Assembly (NCBI GenBank): GCA_965178125.1 | Contig: OZ237775.1 | Coordinates: 186,001 to 250,000, forward strand | DNA from: Bilabrum cf. latius | Taxonomy: Eukaryota | DNA: 64,000 bases | Direction of reading: 5' to 3' | Shown here: one piece after another, positions 62,119 through 64,000 of the stretch | Position numbering within the stretch: position 1 is the stretch's first letter | Layout of the letters: the number at the start of each line of letters is the position of its first letter | The notes under the pieces: model-generated | What the model saw: the letters and a program-made list of their open reading frames with translations, nothing else | The model's database searches: none | What the model was told of the DNA's origin: nothing | Translations under genes and position numbers: made by a program

Positions 62119-64000
62119 ATGCGCTCCTCTGTGGGTGTACTGGTTTCTCTGTCATGCCTCTTGGCTGTGTAGGCTGTGGACAGGAGCAAGTTCAAGACTT
62201 GTAAAGATGCCGGATTCTGCCGCCGCCACCGTGATGTGGAAGTGGAGCCTGCTGTGAGACAGTTCTCGGAGCAATTTATCGAATTCGTCAAATTTTGGCT
62301 TTAATTATAGACTGACAATGAACTCGCCAGGGCAGCAGTGCCCTTAGTCGTCATGGACAGCTTCGGTAGTGGTGTTGCGAGTAGCCGGGACACGTGGTAG
62401 CGCACGCTGCGCATAATCTGAACAGCGCTGCTCGGATCGGCTTTATCGTTCGCACCCCTACCTATGTAACACTCCCCTCGAGCATTTCATCGCAGTGGCG
62501 CATCGCGGACGGCGAGCTGGATGTCCGGCCGGAGCAGGCCCGCGCCACTGCTCGCCTCGTCGGCGGGCCTCCGGGAGCCCCGCCTCTGTCGCTGCTGATG
62601 CGCTTCCTGGAATCGGGAGCAGTTCGTACCAAAATTGTGGAGGACGACGGCCGGGAGCCCCGCTGGGAGAATCATGACGTCGTGCTCGAGGCAGCCGCGG
62701 GCTCCAAGGCCGCTGGCGTGAAGCTTGCGACCAACAGTGACCCCAGCGTGGGGGCGGCCGCGGGGACGGGCCAGCGCCTCCCCTCTGAGGGGCACTCGTA
62801 CGTCACGTTCAAGGGAAGGGACGGCCAGGCAAGGCTGGTGATGGTGCGGCACAACCCCTTCCGCGTCGATGTCTTTATGGGCGGCAAGCACCACGCCAGC
62901 GTCAACGGCAGGGGGCATTTCTACCTCGAGCACAGGAGAGAGCGGGATGCGGCTGCGGCAGCCGCTGCAGCCGCCGCCAATGCCGCGGCGCAGCAGGGAG
63001 GCAGCGGCCAGCCGGGCGGTCGCAAGATCCTAGACTGGGGCGAGGATGGCAAGCCCATCTACGCGGACGCCGAGGAGGGCGGGGACAACGCGGTTGCAAC
63101 CTCCTCGGGGAACAGCAACGAGGCACCCGAAAGCGGCAGCGATGCGGCCCCTCCCGCCGTGGCAGAAGAGGGCGACGCCTACTGGGAAGAGTCCTTCAAG
63201 GAACACAGAGACACCAAGCCACACGGGCCCATGAGCGTGGGCGTGGACGTGGCCTTCCCGGGGAGGACCCATCTGTACGGCATCCCGGAGCACGCTGACA
63301 GCTTCGACCTGCGGGGAACCCGAGGCGAAGGTTCGGCGGGTCCCCTTGCCTCCCAGGCCGGCCAGCAGCCCCACACGGAGCCGTACAGGCTGTACAATCT
63401 GGACGTGTTCGAGTACGAGCTCGACAACCCAATGGCACTGTACGGGTCCATTCCGTTCATGGTGGCGCACGGGCCCGGGCACTCAACGGCTATGTTCTGG
63501 CACAACCCCACGGAGACCTTCATCGATATCGAGAAGAACGGGGCCGCGGGAGCTGCGGGCACCTCTGGCCGCCCGGGGGCGGTTCGGGTGGCAGGCAGCT
63601 CCACACACTGGTTGAGCGAGTCGGGCGTGTTCGACCTGACCATCTACACGGCCGGGGAGCCAAAGGCAGTGGTGTCGCACTTCACGGAGATGGTGGGGGC
63701 GCAGGAACTCCCTGCCAAGTTTGCGCTCGGGTACCACCAGTGCCGATGGAACTACAGGGACGAGCCCGACGTCTTCCAAGTGGACGCCAAGTTCGAGGAG
63801 CACGATTTCCCCTACGACGTGCTGTGGCTCGACATCGAACACACGGACGGGAAGCGGTACTTTACCTGGGACAAGGCGATGTTCCCCAACCCGGTCGCGA
63901 TGCAGGAGAAGCTGGCGGCCCGCGGTCGCAAGATGGTGACCATCGTGGACCCCCACATCAAGATCGACACGGGCTACCCCGTGTACCAGGACGCCAAGGA
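62119..64000 (+). CDS. GANAB: Glucosidase II alpha subunit (GH31), 3'-truncated by the window edge
   Basis: Signal peptide 'MRSSVGVLVSLSCLLAV(TAG)A' then the canonical 'VDRSKFKTC...FCRR'; intron 62254-62495; 'LYGIPEHA', 'EPYRLYNLDVFEY', 'GYHQCRWNY', 'DVLWLDIEHTDGKRYFTWD', 'KMVTIVDPHIK'. Confidence 0.95.

Noticed and set aside
1247-63956. Hundreds of overlapping alternative-frame ORFs in the supplied track
   Set aside because: Expected in GC-rich DNA; they overlap better-supported genes and have R/P/A-rich shadow composition.
1-64000. Suppressor tRNA(CUA), eRF1, rRNA, transposase or endogenous virophage genes
   Set aside because: None recognisable by eye in this window; the decoding machinery must be sought elsewhere in the genome.

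Overview
Gene-dense, GC-rich nuclear DNA of a microbial eukaryote, with GT-AG spliceosomal introns, short intergenic spacers and several head-to-head gene pairs. I resolve 19 protein-coding genes. Named housekeeping genes: GPAA1/Gaa1, a ~3,700-aa HECT E3 ligase, PSMG3, type II pantothenate kinase, Nnf1/PMF1, a PiT phosphate transporter, alpha-SNAP, COMMD5 and glucosidase II alpha (partial). Others: an LRR membrane protein, an EGF/TSP1 surface protein, GH55-like and GH28 glycosidases, a GT92-like protein, a YfaP-like membrane protein, a 2-TM protein, a low-complexity protein and two tandem SAP-like repeat paralogs. Main result: the fragmented ORF track comes from a non-standard genetic code. 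About 75 in-frame TAG codons (hand count) sit inside otherwise intact genes with no in-frame TAA/TGA, and conserved positions (PiT 'TLxQA', LRR 'NQLxG') indicate TAG = glutamine. Genes end at TGA (17) or TAA (1), so UAG is reassigned independently of UAA. A second unexplained signal is two strongly over-represented short motifs embedded mostly in coding DNA: GTGTGACGAGTG and the palindrome GGTTGCAACC. No tRNA, rRNA, CRISPR array or transposase was recognised. All coordinates and counts were made by eye.
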